From Klebsormidium nitens (taxonomy: Eukaryota; Plantae; Klebsormidiophyceae): a stretch of DNA of 47,408 nucleotides. The stretch lies in NCBI GenBank assembly GCA_000708835.1, contig DF237573.1, positions 1 to 47,408 of the forward strand, in the 5' to 3' direction. A program made the position numbers and the translations under genes. Below are positions 47,101 through 47,408 of this stretch, piece by piece. Below the pieces are notes generated by a model that saw only the letters and a list, made by a program, of their open reading frames with translations, did not search any database and had not been told where the DNA came from. Each line of letters begins with the position of its first letter. Position 1 is the first letter of the stretch.

Positions 47101-47281
47101 TCGTCACTTCTGCCATCCCCCCTGAAAAAATAGCCAGCTAGAGTCTTTACATGCGTCGCCAAAGTCCTCTTCTGCCCTTTTCAACCTCCAGACCTCCAGC
47201 CTCATGCCCAACCGTCAGCTTCCATACCTTTGGCAGGTTTTCACCCTTACACTCTACAGTTTTGAGTGCGGTCACAGCGCA

Positions 47282-47408
47282 ATGGACCTCTCAGGCGTGC
47301 ACTCTCAGCTGCAGTCTCTGAAGGTGACCTCAAGGCAGGGCTCTGGGCAAAAAGCTCTGGAAAGGTACAAAGCTTTTGGTATCTTCCAAACTCTCCTTTC
47401 CAGCAAAT
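47282..47408 (+). CDS. Possible start of a further gene running off the window (MDLSGVHSQLQSLKV...)
   Basis: ATG at 47282 with an open frame to the window end. No recognisable motif. Confidence 0.25.
   Translation, partial: MDLSGVHSQLQSLKVTSRQGSGQKALERYKAFGIFQTLLSSK

Noticed and set aside
47120-47141. CTAG as a Helitron 3' terminus for the Fanzor element
   Set aside because: No convincing GC-rich hairpin 10-15 nt upstream and no matching 5' TC boundary identified.

Overview
Eukaryotic, intron-rich genomic DNA with GT-AG introns mostly 150-500 nt long and GC-rich exons. The gene content suggests a streptophyte alga (Klebsormidium-like); this is an inference. Gene models were spliced by hand from the sequence. 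Left to right: (1) a 17-exon triple-PAS hybrid histidine kinase on the minus strand; (2) a divergently transcribed LRR/Cys-rich/ALE2-type receptor kinase with an NCRK-like kinase domain, with an old MITE in the shared upstream region; (3) a ~3 kb tandem duplication carrying two intronless F-box genes (one with a nonsense codon) and a decayed copy of the 3' end of the neighbouring uncharacterised gene; (4) the crooked-neck (CRNKL1/Clf1/Syf3) splicing-factor gene followed by a pseudogenised duplicate of its last four exons; (5) a decayed Fanzor1 (TnpB-like RNA-guided nuclease) gene. The ORF track splits the Fanzor into five fragments. It can be rebuilt to ~670 aa with all three RuvC acidic residues and a zinc finger by removing a 499-nt spliceosomal intron and a 379-bp hAT-like MITE, and by correcting four indels and two stops. 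A cluster of stem-loops directly downstream of its stop codon is a candidate omega-RNA scaffold. No database searches were run; family assignments rest on recognised motifs.
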